DNA from: an uncultured Candidatus Poseidoniales archaeon | GTDB lineage: Archaea > Thermoplasmatota > Poseidoniia > Poseidoniales > Thalassarchaeaceae | Reading direction: 5' to 3' | Assembly: GCA_964645485.1 (NCBI GenBank) | Contig: CAZXZO010000014.1 | Span: 1-44,532, forward strand | DNA: 44,532 nt | Shown: piece after piece, positions 1 to 9,462 of the stretch | Position numbering within the stretch: position 1 is the first letter of the stretch | How the letters are laid out: each line of letters starts with the position of its first letter | Notes under the pieces: generated by a model | Told to the model about the DNA's origin: nothing | Databases searched by the model: none | What the model saw: the letters and a program-made list of their open reading frames with translations, nothing else | Position numbers and translations under genes: made by a program

Positions 1-2578
1 TATCAACATCACTTGCACCATAAGGAGTGTCAGCACATTGGTCGTCATCATTGTCGACAAAATCGTGGTCAGCCTCCCAAGCAAACCTCTTGACTTCGCG
101 TAATTGTGGTGTATCGCTATAGGTGTGATACCAAACCTGTTCCCAACCATTTCCATCAACCAAAATTTTGGGATAAGATGCACCGTCTTCATTGTCAAGG
201 AGAGTAAGAGTCTCCCAACCGTTGGGTGTAGGTGATGCTATTTGCAGAAGTCCATATCCATAGTTGTACCATGTTGAGTGGATATACCCAGCAATGTCAA
301 TATCAACTGAAAGATGTCTGATATTCACTGCGTTAGATTGGTGTAGAATATTGTACTTGAAAGCAGTTCCATTCCATTCAGCGACTTGTACTGTACATTC
401 TTGAGGAGCATCACAAGTGGTGTCAGAAGAGGTGTCGGTGCCGCGGAAAAAGTTGATTAGAAGTCTACCATCATCAGATACAGTTGTGTCAAGGCGGAAA
501 GTGTTGACCATACCACTGTTGGTTACATTGTGAATGTTCCAGCCACCTGAGCCATCTTCAATTGCGAGGCGGATCATATGTGGGTTGCTTGAGTAATAAC
601 TGACATGAGCGACATCATTGACGAAGTTTACCTTGGCAAAAGTGCCGTTTACTTGCACAATTTCCTCACTCCAAACTCCAGGTGAGGTTTCTCTAGCAAG
701 TTTTAGGGTAGAGTATGTTCCAGTATTGTCAGTGTATGAAACTACTCGATTTCCTTGACTGTCTACAGCGAGTTCGGTGTACCAGCCGGTTGAATTGTCT
801 TCGGAAATGGTACTGACGGACCAACTTGTTCCGGTTTTAGTGGCAATTTTCGCTGCGGTTTTGGTTGCAAATCCAAGACCATTGACTTCGGTCTTAGCGT
901 GGAAAGCGATGCTTTCAGTGCCATCTGGTGAGATTTGGATGCTGGCATATCTACCGGTTTCACCACCTTGGTCAACGATTTCTCCCGCAGCCCAAGTTCC
1001 GTCTGTGTTTTGTTTACGATAGACGAGGTTACAATCGTCAGTCATATTGGTCACTCCTCTATCACAAGAATCAGATGTATCGGACATGCCGCGGAAGTGA
1101 GCCAACCGAAGTATCCCATCTGCTCCTTTGATAACATCTACATATTGAGAATCAGAACCTGAGGTAGTCAAAATCTTCTGCTCGTAGTGGCACCCCGAGT
1201 CATCAATTATTTTTCCGATAGGTGTATTCATACAACGGTCTTGTGCATCAGCCAATCCATCTCCATCTGCATCAACTGCAGGGGTAGCGAGAATCAAATC
1301 TGAATTATCGAAATTATGGTATGAGAAAATTTCCTCACCATTGGTGTTCAAAGAAATATCAGCATATGCTCCAACCGAACCAATTCGGTCAATTTTCACA
1401 GTTTCCCATGTAGTTCCGCTACCGCGCATAAGCACGAGGTCGTCGTTTGTCCAATCTTGGTAAACGATGTGCAAATCACCGGTATCATCTGATTCAACCC
1501 TAATGTATTCTCCAAGATTATTACTGCTATTGGCAATCAATGAGTGGCTCCATCCACTTCCTGTATTAACCGCTAAACGGACACTATCCCAGCCAGATAT
1601 ATTTTGGTATGCTATATTTTCATTTCCGCTATCATCAATTTCTAATTGTAACCACCATGCTGGCCAATAATCGCTGCCAGTTTCGTTAATATGAATATCA
1701 GTGATGCTCCAACCAGACCCATCAAATGCGGCATATCTCAAAGATCTATCATACCATGCGTCAATTATTGTCCCGGTGACTGGGTCACTAATTGTATTGA
1801 CTATTGCGCATGTATAGGCCACTCGTGGTCTGCCATCAGCACCGATTTGCAGGCTACTAAACTGGCCCGCATCGGTCCAATCGTCGTAATTTGCACTATC
1901 TTCACCAAATCCATCGTCAATAACTCCGTAAGCCCATGATGAATCACTACTATCCCAATTTGCGAATTTGAGGACGTACTCACCTGAACCGATGTCTACG
2001 TAGAAGGAAAACCATTCAGAATCACTATCATCTATTGCGAAACCAATTCTCCCCTCACCTGAGTAGGGATTTCCATCTCCAGTGTTTTCCCCAGGTGCTA
2101 CTGTGTAGGTCATCCAAGAAGCGCCATCAAAACGCGAAATCCTTAGGACTCCATTGGTAATATCAAAAGATGCAATTCTAGGGTCGTCGTTGGAATCAAT
2201 TGCAATTTCAGAATATTTTCCAATATCACCGAAGGTGTAAACATCATTCACTTCCCATGACCAACCAGTCCATTTTGCAACTTTTAAGTCGCGACCAGCC
2301 GCGGAATAAAATGAAACCCAAATGGTTCCATCATCAGCGATTGCCGAAGAAGTCCATTGTCCAGTGTCACCATCAGAATCTGCTATTTCTTTTAGCCATG
2401 AGGTGGCACCAGAACGCGCTCCTGCAGGCCACAAGTCACTATCTTCTGGCAATTGATTTTCAAAATCATGCTCACTCAAAATTTCTACTGTATTTGGCGC
2501 TCCAAGAATTGGTGCAAGTGAGGTAAATACCAACAGTAAGAGCATTGTAATTGAGCCTGTCACGGTGTGGCGAGTCAT
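1..2578 (-). CDS. Large secreted surface protein, beta-propeller-like repeats plus thrombospondin type-3-like Ca-binding motifs; 3' end runs off the window
   Basis: Absent from the ORF track because it has no stop in the window. Manual translation from ATG 2578 gives MTRHTVTGSITMLLLLVFTSLAPILGA (signal peptide) and an open frame to position 2 (859 codons). Recurrent blade motif GxY/W/FxxxxxD (GQWTSSAIAD, GKYSEIAID, GQFSSLQIGAD, GAYADISLN, GRYASIQISPD, GWYTELAVD). TSP3-like DADGDGLADAQDRCMNTP and DHDFVDNDDDQCADTP. RBS-like GGAGAGTGA upstream. Confidence 0.85.
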   Translation of the reverse strand, partial: MTRHTVTGSITMLLLLVFTSLAPILGAPNTVEILSEHDFENQLPEDSDLWPAGARSGATSWLKEIADSDGDTGQWTSSAIADDGTIWVSFYSAAGRDLKVAKWTGWSWEVNDVYTFGDIGKYSEIAIDSNDDPRIASFDITNGVLRISRFDGASWMTYTVAPGENTGDGNPYSGEGRIGFAIDDSDSEWFSFYVDIGSGEYVLKFANWDSSDSSWAYGVIDDGFGEDSANYDDWTDAGQFSSLQIGADGRPRVAYTCAIVNTISDPVTGTIIDAWYDRSLRYAAFDGSGWSITDIHINETGSDYWPAWWLQLEIDDSGNENIAYQNISGWDSVRLAVNTGSGWSHSLIANSSNNLGEYIRVESDDTGDLHIVYQDWTNDDLVLMRGSGTTWETVKIDRIGSVGAYADISLNTNGEEIFSYHNFDNSDLILATPAVDADGDGLADAQDRCMNTPIGKIIDDSGCHYEQKILTTSGSDSQYVDVIKGADGILRLAHFRGMSDTSDSCDRGVTNMTDDCNLVYRKQNTDGTWAAGEIVDQGGETGRYASIQISPDGTESIAFHAKTEVNGLGFATKTAAKIATKTGTSWSVSTISEDNSTGWYTELAVDSQGNRVVSYTDNTGTYSTLKLARETSPGVWSEEIVQVNGTFAKVNFVNDVAHVSYYSSNPHMIRLAIEDGSGGWNIHNVTNSGMVNTFRLDTTVSDDGRLLINFFRGTDTSSDTTCDAPQECTVQVAEWNGTAFKYNILHQSNAVNIRHLSVDIDIAGYIHSTWYNYGYGLLQIASPTPNGWETLTLLDNEDGASYPKILVDGNGWEQVWYHTYSDTPQLREVKRFAWEADHDFVDNDDDQCADTPYGASDVD

Positions 2579-2586
2579 GTGTATCA

Positions 2587-2601
2587 CTCTCCGGAGGAGA
2601 G
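2587..2601 (-). promoter_or_regulatory. Short hairpin (6-bp stem, 3-nt loop) overlapping the RBS of the surface-protein gene
   Basis: CTCTCC-GGA-GGAGAG on +, 8 nt upstream of ATG 2578. On the coding strand the stem contains GGAGAG of the SD-like motif. Confidence 0.35.
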
Positions 2602-2815
2602 CGATATGGATTAAGTGATGCCCTTCCGGGGATTATTTTCAAGAAATAGTAAGGATAGGGAAATTACTGATAAAAACGGATGAAAGATTGTAATTATTTT
2701 TGCATTTTTCTATATTTTTTACCCACACCGCAACTTTGTTGGCAGAGTGTCTAGAGCCAGTGTGTTAACAGACAAAGCAAAAGCCTCATCTCCTTTGGCT
2801 GTTTGTCATCACATA

Positions 2816-5014
2816 ATGTCGGAGCGGGAGCCATCCTCAATAGATGCGTATCCTCTCCCTGATGACCTAGATATTGATAATGATGGAATCATAACTGCTG
2901 ATGAATTAGTTTCACATTTTGACTCAGATCAAGATGGAGAAGTATCTGTTGACGACTATGTTGAAGTATCAAGACATGATAAAATAGACAAAAATCTTGA
3001 CCGAATTAAGGCACGGCGAAGTGGGAAAAAAGGGTTTTTCCGTGGCCCTGAAAGCATAACTTTTCTCGGCGGAATTACTTATGGAGTAGTATTTTTTAGT
3101 ATCATGTTTGCTCTTTCTTCGGGTTTATTATCCTCCAGTATCAATGATTCAGTATGGCTTGACCAAGGGATTTCCAATACAGTCTTAGATCCGGCAGACG
3201 AAGAATGCTTAGATAGTTCAGGTGTGGTTTGGATTAATATTTGGATTGATAATGATGCAAATAAAATCCGCATGCGTGTTAACAACGCTCAACCTTTTGA
3301 AGATGATGCCAAGGAACTACGAGTCGAATTATCTGAAAGTGAGATGGGAATAATTGGCGAAAAATTAGTAGGAAATAATTCAGAGGGATATTTTGACTTC
3401 TCTCCATATCCTGATGGAGAATATGAGGTTAGAGTTTTCTTTCACAATTTGACTGGAATTGATATGACTAATTTAACCGATGAAGCAGAACTAATCAAAA
3501 TTAAAGAAGCACCTCTTTACACTGATGATGAAGTACTAATTCCATTCGAGATCCACACTAAAGAGCCCACCTTCTTACCTTGGGATAATGAAGAGAAACA
3601 AGAGGCAAAATTAACCGAAAAGGGACAGAGAGTTTGTCTGACGTTCAATCAATTAGGTCAATGGAGTTGGGCCTTGATGACTGCTGAATGGGCTGGGGGC
3701 CGTGAAACAGCGATGTTGACCGGGGGTTCAGCAGGAGTTCCAGCCTGGTGGATGGCTTTCATTTCCCTCTCAATGAGTGTATTTTTCTTGTGTGTGCAAT
3801 ATCCACTAATGTATCGCTTCTATCACAAGGATATTGACGATATTTTATCAGAGGACGAGATAATCAGAGTCGTTCAGCGAGCGTTAAAACGATGTGAAAA
3901 ACAGCTTCATCTAGAAATAGAATGGGACGATTTTGATGCTAGACAACGCTCGCTGTCAATTGACGTATTGGTGCCATATCGTACAACAGAATCAAGAGTG
4001 ATTGAGACCAGTCAAATTAACGCTGAAATGTTGAAATCTGTACTTGATGATTTCAAAATCTATGGTGTTATCACTCCATTACAATTGAAATCGCAACCCC
4101 TTGACGACAATCGTGGAGCCTTTGAAACTCTCTCTCATGGATTACAAGGTATTGAACTGCCCGAATTGAATGCAGACCGCCCGGCTCTGGTTCAAGATTA
4201 CTCTGACTTTTTCGGAGGAATTCACGACACTGCTGCCCTTGAAAAGCGAGTTGTGGGATGTGTAGATGATTTCTTCACGAAGAATAAGAAAATCGTAAAG
4301 GGGCCTCTTTTTGTCGGTGTAGATGAACAACTAATTGCTCTGCGTCTAATCTACAAACCAAACATGAGATTTGCAACCTTCAGGTTTGGTCAAACATACA
4401 TCGATATTCAAGATAAATTGAGAGAGCATTTAGTAAGAACTCTAGATGAACATTTAGGTAATAGAGACATAATCATATCCTGCCGAAATGAGGTCGCTAC
4501 TGTTGCTGACCGTACAGGTGCTGGGAGGACGGAGAGTGGTGTGGGTGAGAATGAGGGCCAGGCTTACGTAGCGCGCCAAGAAGGATTAGCAGGCACCCTA
4601 TTACAAACACAGTTCATGGGGGATATTCTTTCCTCAGTAGAATATGTAGCACACGAGAACCGAGCGAAGATTGACCGTTGGGGTTTCTTTGGCTTGATTA
4701 TCTTTGTTTGGATTCCCTTCATGGCTTCGGGAGTACTTGTGGGTGCAATGATGGGCCTTGTGGCTAGGATGCCATTCTTACGCGTGTTAACAGCGTGCTT
4801 CGTTGGTGGTGCAGCAGCATCGGTTACTTGGGCATATACTGCTGAAGGTATAATTGAAGTCTTACACGCATTTAATGCCGAATTATTCATTCCTATCATT
4901 ATCATCGTCATTTTTATTGCGGCAGTGATGCATATTAGAACCAATAAGAGAAGAAGGCAAGAAGAATTATTCAAGGGTTCACGGGCATTCTTTTCTGGTG
5001 AAATATTAGATTAA
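2816..5014 (+). CDS. Multi-domain membrane protein: N-terminal EF-hand-like loops, extracellular domain, C-terminal small multidrug export (PF06695-like) domain
   Basis: ORF track 2747..5014; ATG 2816 (MSEREPSS) preferred over the GTG start. Loops DIDNDGIITADE and DSDQDGEVSVDD. Two internal TM segments. C-terminal IDRWGFFGLIIFVWIPFMASGVLVGAMMGLV resembles the Sm_multidrug_ex motif. Confidence 0.7.
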   Translation: MSEREPSSIDAYPLPDDLDIDNDGIITADELVSHFDSDQDGEVSVDDYVEVSRHDKIDKNLDRIKARRSGKKGFFRGPESITFLGGITYGVVFFSIMFALSSGLLSSSINDSVWLDQGISNTVLDPADEECLDSSGVVWINIWIDNDANKIRMRVNNAQPFEDDAKELRVELSESEMGIIGEKLVGNNSEGYFDFSPYPDGEYEVRVFFHNLTGIDMTNLTDEAELIKIKEAPLYTDDEVLIPFEIHTKEPTFLPWDNEEKQEAKLTEKGQRVCLTFNQLGQWSWALMTAEWAGGRETAMLTGGSAGVPAWWMAFISLSMSVFFLCVQYPLMYRFYHKDIDDILSEDEIIRVVQRALKRCEKQLHLEIEWDDFDARQRSLSIDVLVPYRTTESRVIETSQINAEMLKSVLDDFKIYGVITPLQLKSQPLDDNRGAFETLSHGLQGIELPELNADRPALVQDYSDFFGGIHDTAALEKRVVGCVDDFFTKNKKIVKGPLFVGVDEQLIALRLIYKPNMRFATFRFGQTYIDIQDKLREHLVRTLDEHLGNRDIIISCRNEVATVADRTGAGRTESGVGENEGQAYVARQEGLAGTLLQTQFMGDILSSVEYVAHENRAKIDRWGFFGLIIFVWIPFMASGVLVGAMMGLVARMPFLRVLTACFVGGAAASVTWAYTAEGIIEVLHAFNAELFIPIIIIVIFIAAVMHIRTNKRRRQEELFKGSRAFFSGEILD

Positions 5015-5036
5015 TCCACTATTTTAGGGGTGGATT
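5013..5036 (+). terminator. Possible hairpin at the end of the 2816..5014 gene
   Basis: AATCCAC...GTGGATT inverted repeat overlapping and following the stop codon. Confidence 0.25.
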
Positions 5037-5067
5037 TCATGGGCCTTGCCCTACTCTCATCATCACA

Positions 5068-5424
5068 ATGGTATGGTGGCAGTTGGCAACAAGATGGTTG
5101 ATTTCAGGTGGTTTGGTCGTTGGCGCAAGCGAGTTGGGGAAACGCAACGAATTGATTGGTGCATTGTTGGTTTCAATTCCTTTAGTGTCCATTTTAGCAA
5201 TTATTTGGCTTTACCGTGACACTTCAGACCCTGACCAAGTTGCAGACTTCACTACCGGGATATTGTGGCTTGTACTGCCTTCTCTTGTTCTATTTGTGAC
5301 ACTCCCCACCTTCTTACGGCGTGGGATGGAGTTTTGGCCGTCGCTAGGGATTGCATGTGGGCTGACAATTATCGCATATTTCATCGGAGTTCAACTAGCA
5401 TCAAGGTATGCAGGAATATCCTGA
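5068..5424 (+). CDS. DUF3147-family small membrane protein
   Basis: 118 aa with about four TM segments. Pattern SELGKRNELIGALLVSIPLVSILAIIWLY...VADF..GILWLVLPSLVLF matches DUF3147 as recalled. Confidence 0.65.
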   Translation: MVWWQLATRWLISGGLVVGASELGKRNELIGALLVSIPLVSILAIIWLYRDTSDPDQVADFTTGILWLVLPSLVLFVTLPTFLRRGMEFWPSLGIACGLTIIAYFIGVQLASRYAGIS

Positions 5425-5427
5425 AAA

Positions 5428-7875
5428 TTATTGAGAAAGGTCTTTGACTTTTTCAACCAAGTCCATCTTCTTTATTCTCCACATTCCAATAGGAGTGAGA
5501 GCAATTGAGATGAATGTGACAATTCCAACTAAATATAAGACAGGTAAAATTTGAGGTTCAATTGTCATGAAGAAGGACCATTGTACAAATGAACTTATCA
5601 TCGCAACCGTGCCAAAATATGCAAAGATTGCACCAAGAACTCCACCGATAATTCCGATTCCTAAATGCTCCCAAAACATCATTGTTCCTAATTTATTCAT
5701 AGGTGCACCTAAGACTCTTAAAGTTGCCAATTCAGTATCTCTCTCAGAGAGATTCATTAGCAAAGTGTTGAATAAAACAGCGACAGCAATTATGATTCCA
5801 AGTCCTTCAACTGCAATATACATTTCTTGTTGTTTTTCCAAAAGCGATTCAAAAGATTGAATCATGTCTTGCTTGATTACAAGTCCGATGGTGACATCAG
5901 CAAGCCCTCCAATGTCCCCCCCTTCTGGAAGTTGTAATAGAATCGAGGTAGTCTCAATTCCAACCAATTGAGCCAAATCGGAGCGGTGGAAGTACATTGT
6001 CCGACTAATTTCACCTTTAGTAATACCAACGATTTCAACATCAATTGGTGTTGACCCAACCATGACGGTTTGTTTGTCCCCTATATTCCATTCAATGAAG
6101 ATGGAGGTCCCTTCATCAATTAGAATTTGTAACGGAGAAACCCCTTGCAGTGGGAGTGACCCGTCTTTGAGTTCTATGACCATCATCGCATCTCCATCAT
6201 CTACTGTTGATAGTTTTTCTAATCCATAACCCTGTAACTCACGAGTGTCATTTTGTAAGCCAATAGGGAATGTAAGCATTGGTTCATATTCAACACTGTT
6301 ATTTTCAGCCCATTCAATAACAGCACCTTCATCGCCAGGATAAACATAAGTCAACACATCCCAGTTCTGATTTTCCTCAACCCCCCCCATCATCATGTCT
6401 TCCATTGACCCCATCATGAAAACCATTGAGCCAAAAATCAACATTGAAAGTCCTACAGCAAAAAAAGTGAACGCCAACCTAACTGGTTTTCTCAAACTTG
6501 AACGCACCGATAATCCGATGGTAGCTGGCAATTTTGAAGTAACTTTTTGTAACCCTCTTGATGAAAGTTTAACCTCGTGATATCCACGAAATACCTCAAG
6601 TGGTTGTAATCTAGATGCTTGCCAAGCAGGTCGAATTCCAGATAACATAACAATGACTAATGCAATCGTGACAATTTCAACAACTAAGTCGAAACCAACA
6701 CCCATACTAATTGGCAATCCAATAAGATCTGAATACATTTCAAGCATGGCAGGAGCGCCAAAATAAATTCCTAGAATAGTGCCAAGAACGGACCCTATAG
6801 TACCGATGAATAATGGGGCGATTAGATAACCCGGCATGATAGATTTTTTTGGTATCCCTAACGTTCGAAGAACAGCAATTTCTCTGGCTTGAGATTGGAT
6901 TAATCTCTGCAAACTAAGGAAAATGGTTATTCCAGCAACAATGGCGAGCATTCCCGTTACATAAGGAAAAGTCTTGCCGGCACCATCAGCATCCGCCCGC
7001 AAGAATTCTACAGATTCTATCCCCGAGCGGTCATAAATTGATGAAGGGTCATCATTATTTGAATTGACAATTATTTCAATTTCAGACATTAGAGCGTTTA
7101 ACTCCTCACCTTCATTTTCATCAGTTGATTGAAGGTCATAATCAGGTGTTCCGGTTATGTCGATTAGTAAACGATTTGAGGAACCAGATTCAAGATTAGC
7201 TAATCTCTCAAGTCCGGTATCGGTCATGTATCCGGTAACATAGGTGCCTGGGTCTGCAGGCAACATCAATCCTTCTTGGGAGAAGTACATATGTTGTGAA
7301 TGAAAACCAATTCCAACTACAGTGTAGTGTTTTTTGCCATGTCCAGCACCAAGTACGAGAGTTTCACCGATTTCAATTTCCATGCCTAAAGCAGCATGGC
7401 TATCAAGAACAATTTCAGTTTCAGTAGCGGCTAGCCGACCAGATGACAACTCACTTTCAGTTGGCATCCAAACGCTGTCAACTTCACCTTCATCTATTCC
7501 ATGCCAAACCCCTGGAATTAGTTCCTCTTCGCCTGAATTTTCTGAATGATACATCAATCCTCTCAAAATCAAACGGGGTTCACAATTTTGTATTGTCAAA
7601 TCAGATTCAACTATTTCATTAGAAAGGGAGTTACAGAGATTTTCAGAAGTACTATCGTTCCAAGTTGAAATTGAATTTTCAACCCAGACATCAGGAAGGT
7701 TGACACCGTCATCACCATCGTAAATTTCTCCATAAAGATTGACAACACCATTTGCATAAGCGCCAAATGTAATTCCAGCGAACACACCAACTGCAACCAT
7801 CAGTATAACTGCTGAAAGCCTTAATTTGGTTCGCCATAGGCTTCTAGCCAATCGTTTGGTCAACAACATTGACAT
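5428..7875 (-). CDS. ABC transporter permease, MacB/FtsX (type VII) family, two FtsX repeats
   Basis: 815 aa. Two signature segments, QSQAREIAVLRTLG and SERDTELATLRVLGA, each after a large extracytoplasmic domain. RBS GAGGTGA 5 nt upstream. Confidence 0.9.
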   Translation of the reverse strand: MSMLLTKRLARSLWRTKLRLSAVILMVAVGVFAGITFGAYANGVVNLYGEIYDGDDGVNLPDVWVENSISTWNDSTSENLCNSLSNEIVESDLTIQNCEPRLILRGLMYHSENSGEEELIPGVWHGIDEGEVDSVWMPTESELSSGRLAATETEIVLDSHAALGMEIEIGETLVLGAGHGKKHYTVVGIGFHSQHMYFSQEGLMLPADPGTYVTGYMTDTGLERLANLESGSSNRLLIDITGTPDYDLQSTDENEGEELNALMSEIEIIVNSNNDDPSSIYDRSGIESVEFLRADADGAGKTFPYVTGMLAIVAGITIFLSLQRLIQSQAREIAVLRTLGIPKKSIMPGYLIAPLFIGTIGSVLGTILGIYFGAPAMLEMYSDLIGLPISMGVGFDLVVEIVTIALVIVMLSGIRPAWQASRLQPLEVFRGYHEVKLSSRGLQKVTSKLPATIGLSVRSSLRKPVRLAFTFFAVGLSMLIFGSMVFMMGSMEDMMMGGVEENQNWDVLTYVYPGDEGAVIEWAENNSVEYEPMLTFPIGLQNDTRELQGYGLEKLSTVDDGDAMMVIELKDGSLPLQGVSPLQILIDEGTSIFIEWNIGDKQTVMVGSTPIDVEIVGITKGEISRTMYFHRSDLAQLVGIETTSILLQLPEGGDIGGLADVTIGLVIKQDMIQSFESLLEKQQEMYIAVEGLGIIIAVAVLFNTLLMNLSERDTELATLRVLGAPMNKLGTMMFWEHLGIGIIGGVLGAIFAYFGTVAMISSFVQWSFFMTIEPQILPVLYLVGIVTFISIALTPIGMWRIKKMDLVEKVKDLSQ

Positions 7876-7884
7876 CTGTTCACC

Positions 7885-8565
7885 TCAATTATCTACCTTT
7901 TCATCTGAAATTATTTTCCCGCTATCTAAGCGAATAACTCTTGTTGCATAATTTGCTAATGACTCGTCGTGTGTCACCATAATAACGGTAATTTCTTCTG
8001 CTTCACATGCTTTGACAAGTACTTCCATCACCTTTGTCGAGGTTGCCGAGTCTAGGTTTCCTGTCAGTTCATCTCCTAACAATAATTTTGGGCTCTTGGC
8101 CAAACTTCTAGCAATTGCAACACGTTGTTGTTGTCCACCACTAATTTCGGCAGGGAAGCGGTCAACTTCTTTTTCAAGTCCAACCAATGAGAGTAATTCT
8201 ACCGCGCGTTTTTTGTCACGTCCACTGGATAATTCTTGAATCAACAGTATATTTTCTAAGACAGTGAGGTCTTGTAAGAGGTTAAAGAATTGGAATACAT
8301 AACCGATGTTGTCTCTTCTAAAGGAGGTCATTTGCTCGGAGTGCCCACGTGGTACTTCTTGACCTTCAAATTTGTATTCCCCGGAGGTTGGATTGTCCAA
8401 TGCGGCGACGCAATTTAGGAGCGTAGTCTTACCTGAACCTGAAGGGCCCAGTAGTATGATTCTCTCTCCTTTATTGATACTGAGATTTATTCCATCAAGA
8501 GCCTTCACAGTCTCTGAAGCCATCACATAATGCCTCTCCATCTCTGAAATTTCAACAAGTGCCAT
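7885..8565 (-). CDS. ABC transporter ATP-binding protein, LolD/MacB-like
   Basis: Walker A GPSGSGKTT, Q-loop IGYVFQFFNLL, signature ISGGQQQRVAIAR, LLLGDELTGNLD, H-loop VTHD. ATG 8565 (MALVEI) preferred over GTG 8574. Confidence 0.95.
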   Translation of the reverse strand: MALVEISEMERHYVMASETVKALDGINLSINKGERIILLGPSGSGKTTLLNCVAALDNPTSGEYKFEGQEVPRGHSEQMTSFRRDNIGYVFQFFNLLQDLTVLENILLIQELSSGRDKKRAVELLSLVGLEKEVDRFPAEISGGQQQRVAIARSLAKSPKLLLGDELTGNLDSATSTKVMEVLVKACEAEEITVIMVTHDESLANYATRVIRLDSGKIISDEKVDN

Positions 8566-8732
8566 TACTATCACTGATTGCGATTAGTTTCCAATAATTA
8601 TAGTTAGCAGTATCTCTGTTGTGATGGTTTTGTCAGGATAATCAAAAAAACCTATTCTACATCAACTCTCAAGTCGGCGGGATTCTTGAATAGTGGTGGC
8701 TAACTTGCGTCACTACCGGAGGGGGTAATTAG

Positions 8733-9410
8733 TTGCGAGAAATCACAATTTTTTGGAAGCGCGAAAGATTATTCCAAAGCGAAGTCAACATAGTGGACCA
8801 AGTTTTTGAAAAATGCGTTTTCCTAGGATATCTCGAACGGAGTTCAACAATTGTTTTGGCAATAATAAGAGGTGTTTGCAAACCCGGGAAAACGCCTTTT
8901 GATATTGGTGAACACGACCATTATGAGATAAAAGAAATTTTGACAGAACCATCTGAAAATGACCCTGCTTGGATGTTCGTCCTCAATATTAAACATCCAC
9001 TAACACTACTGGCGGTAAAAATTGGTAAGTTGACGGTTAAGCCAGGTTCTTGTTTTAATGATGAAGGAATGTTCTACATCCTCAGAGGAAGTCCGCTGTC
9101 AATAAAAGTGATTACTACTGCTGCAAGAATGATGCTAAAACCAGACCGGATATCTGCTACCTCAATATCTCAAACTGATTTGAGAGGGAACCAAATATTA
9201 TCTGATAAACGGATGGATGTTTTACGGATTGCGTATTCTGAGGGATGGTACAACACCCCTAGAGATATTTCACTTGGAGACCTAGCGACTAAAATCGGAC
9301 TAGGTCGAAGTACTGTGTCGGAACACCTCATTAAATCTGAAGCCAAAATTATCCAATATTTCCTTGAAGGCGACCCAGAATTAATTGCTGAAGATAAGGA
9401 TGGAAAATGA
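8733..9410 (+). CDS. Bacterio-opsin-activator-type (HTH_10) transcriptional regulator
   Basis: C-terminal LSDKRMDVLRIAYSEGWYNTPRDISLGDLATKIGLGRSTVSEHLIKSEAKI is the archaeal HTH_10 pattern. TTG start with GGAGGGGG upstream. Divergent from the ABC pair. Confidence 0.85.
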   Translation: MREITIFWKRERLFQSEVNIVDQVFEKCVFLGYLERSSTIVLAIIRGVCKPGKTPFDIGEHDHYEIKEILTEPSENDPAWMFVLNIKHPLTLLAVKIGKLTVKPGSCFNDEGMFYILRGSPLSIKVITTAARMMLKPDRISATSISQTDLRGNQILSDKRMDVLRIAYSEGWYNTPRDISLGDLATKIGLGRSTVSEHLIKSEAKIIQYFLEGDPELIAEDKDGK

Positions 9411-9462
9411 GTTTTTCTTCATTTCTTAAGAGTTCAATTTTTCAAAAATCAAGGTGTGTTGA

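Noticed and set aside
763-2526. Short ORFs 763..975, 777..1022, 928..1131, 935..1162, 1467..1670, 1691..1939, 1801..1983, 2200..2526
   Set aside because: All lie within or antisense to the long minus-strand frame 1..2578, which has a signal peptide and coherent repeats; they are shadow ORFs
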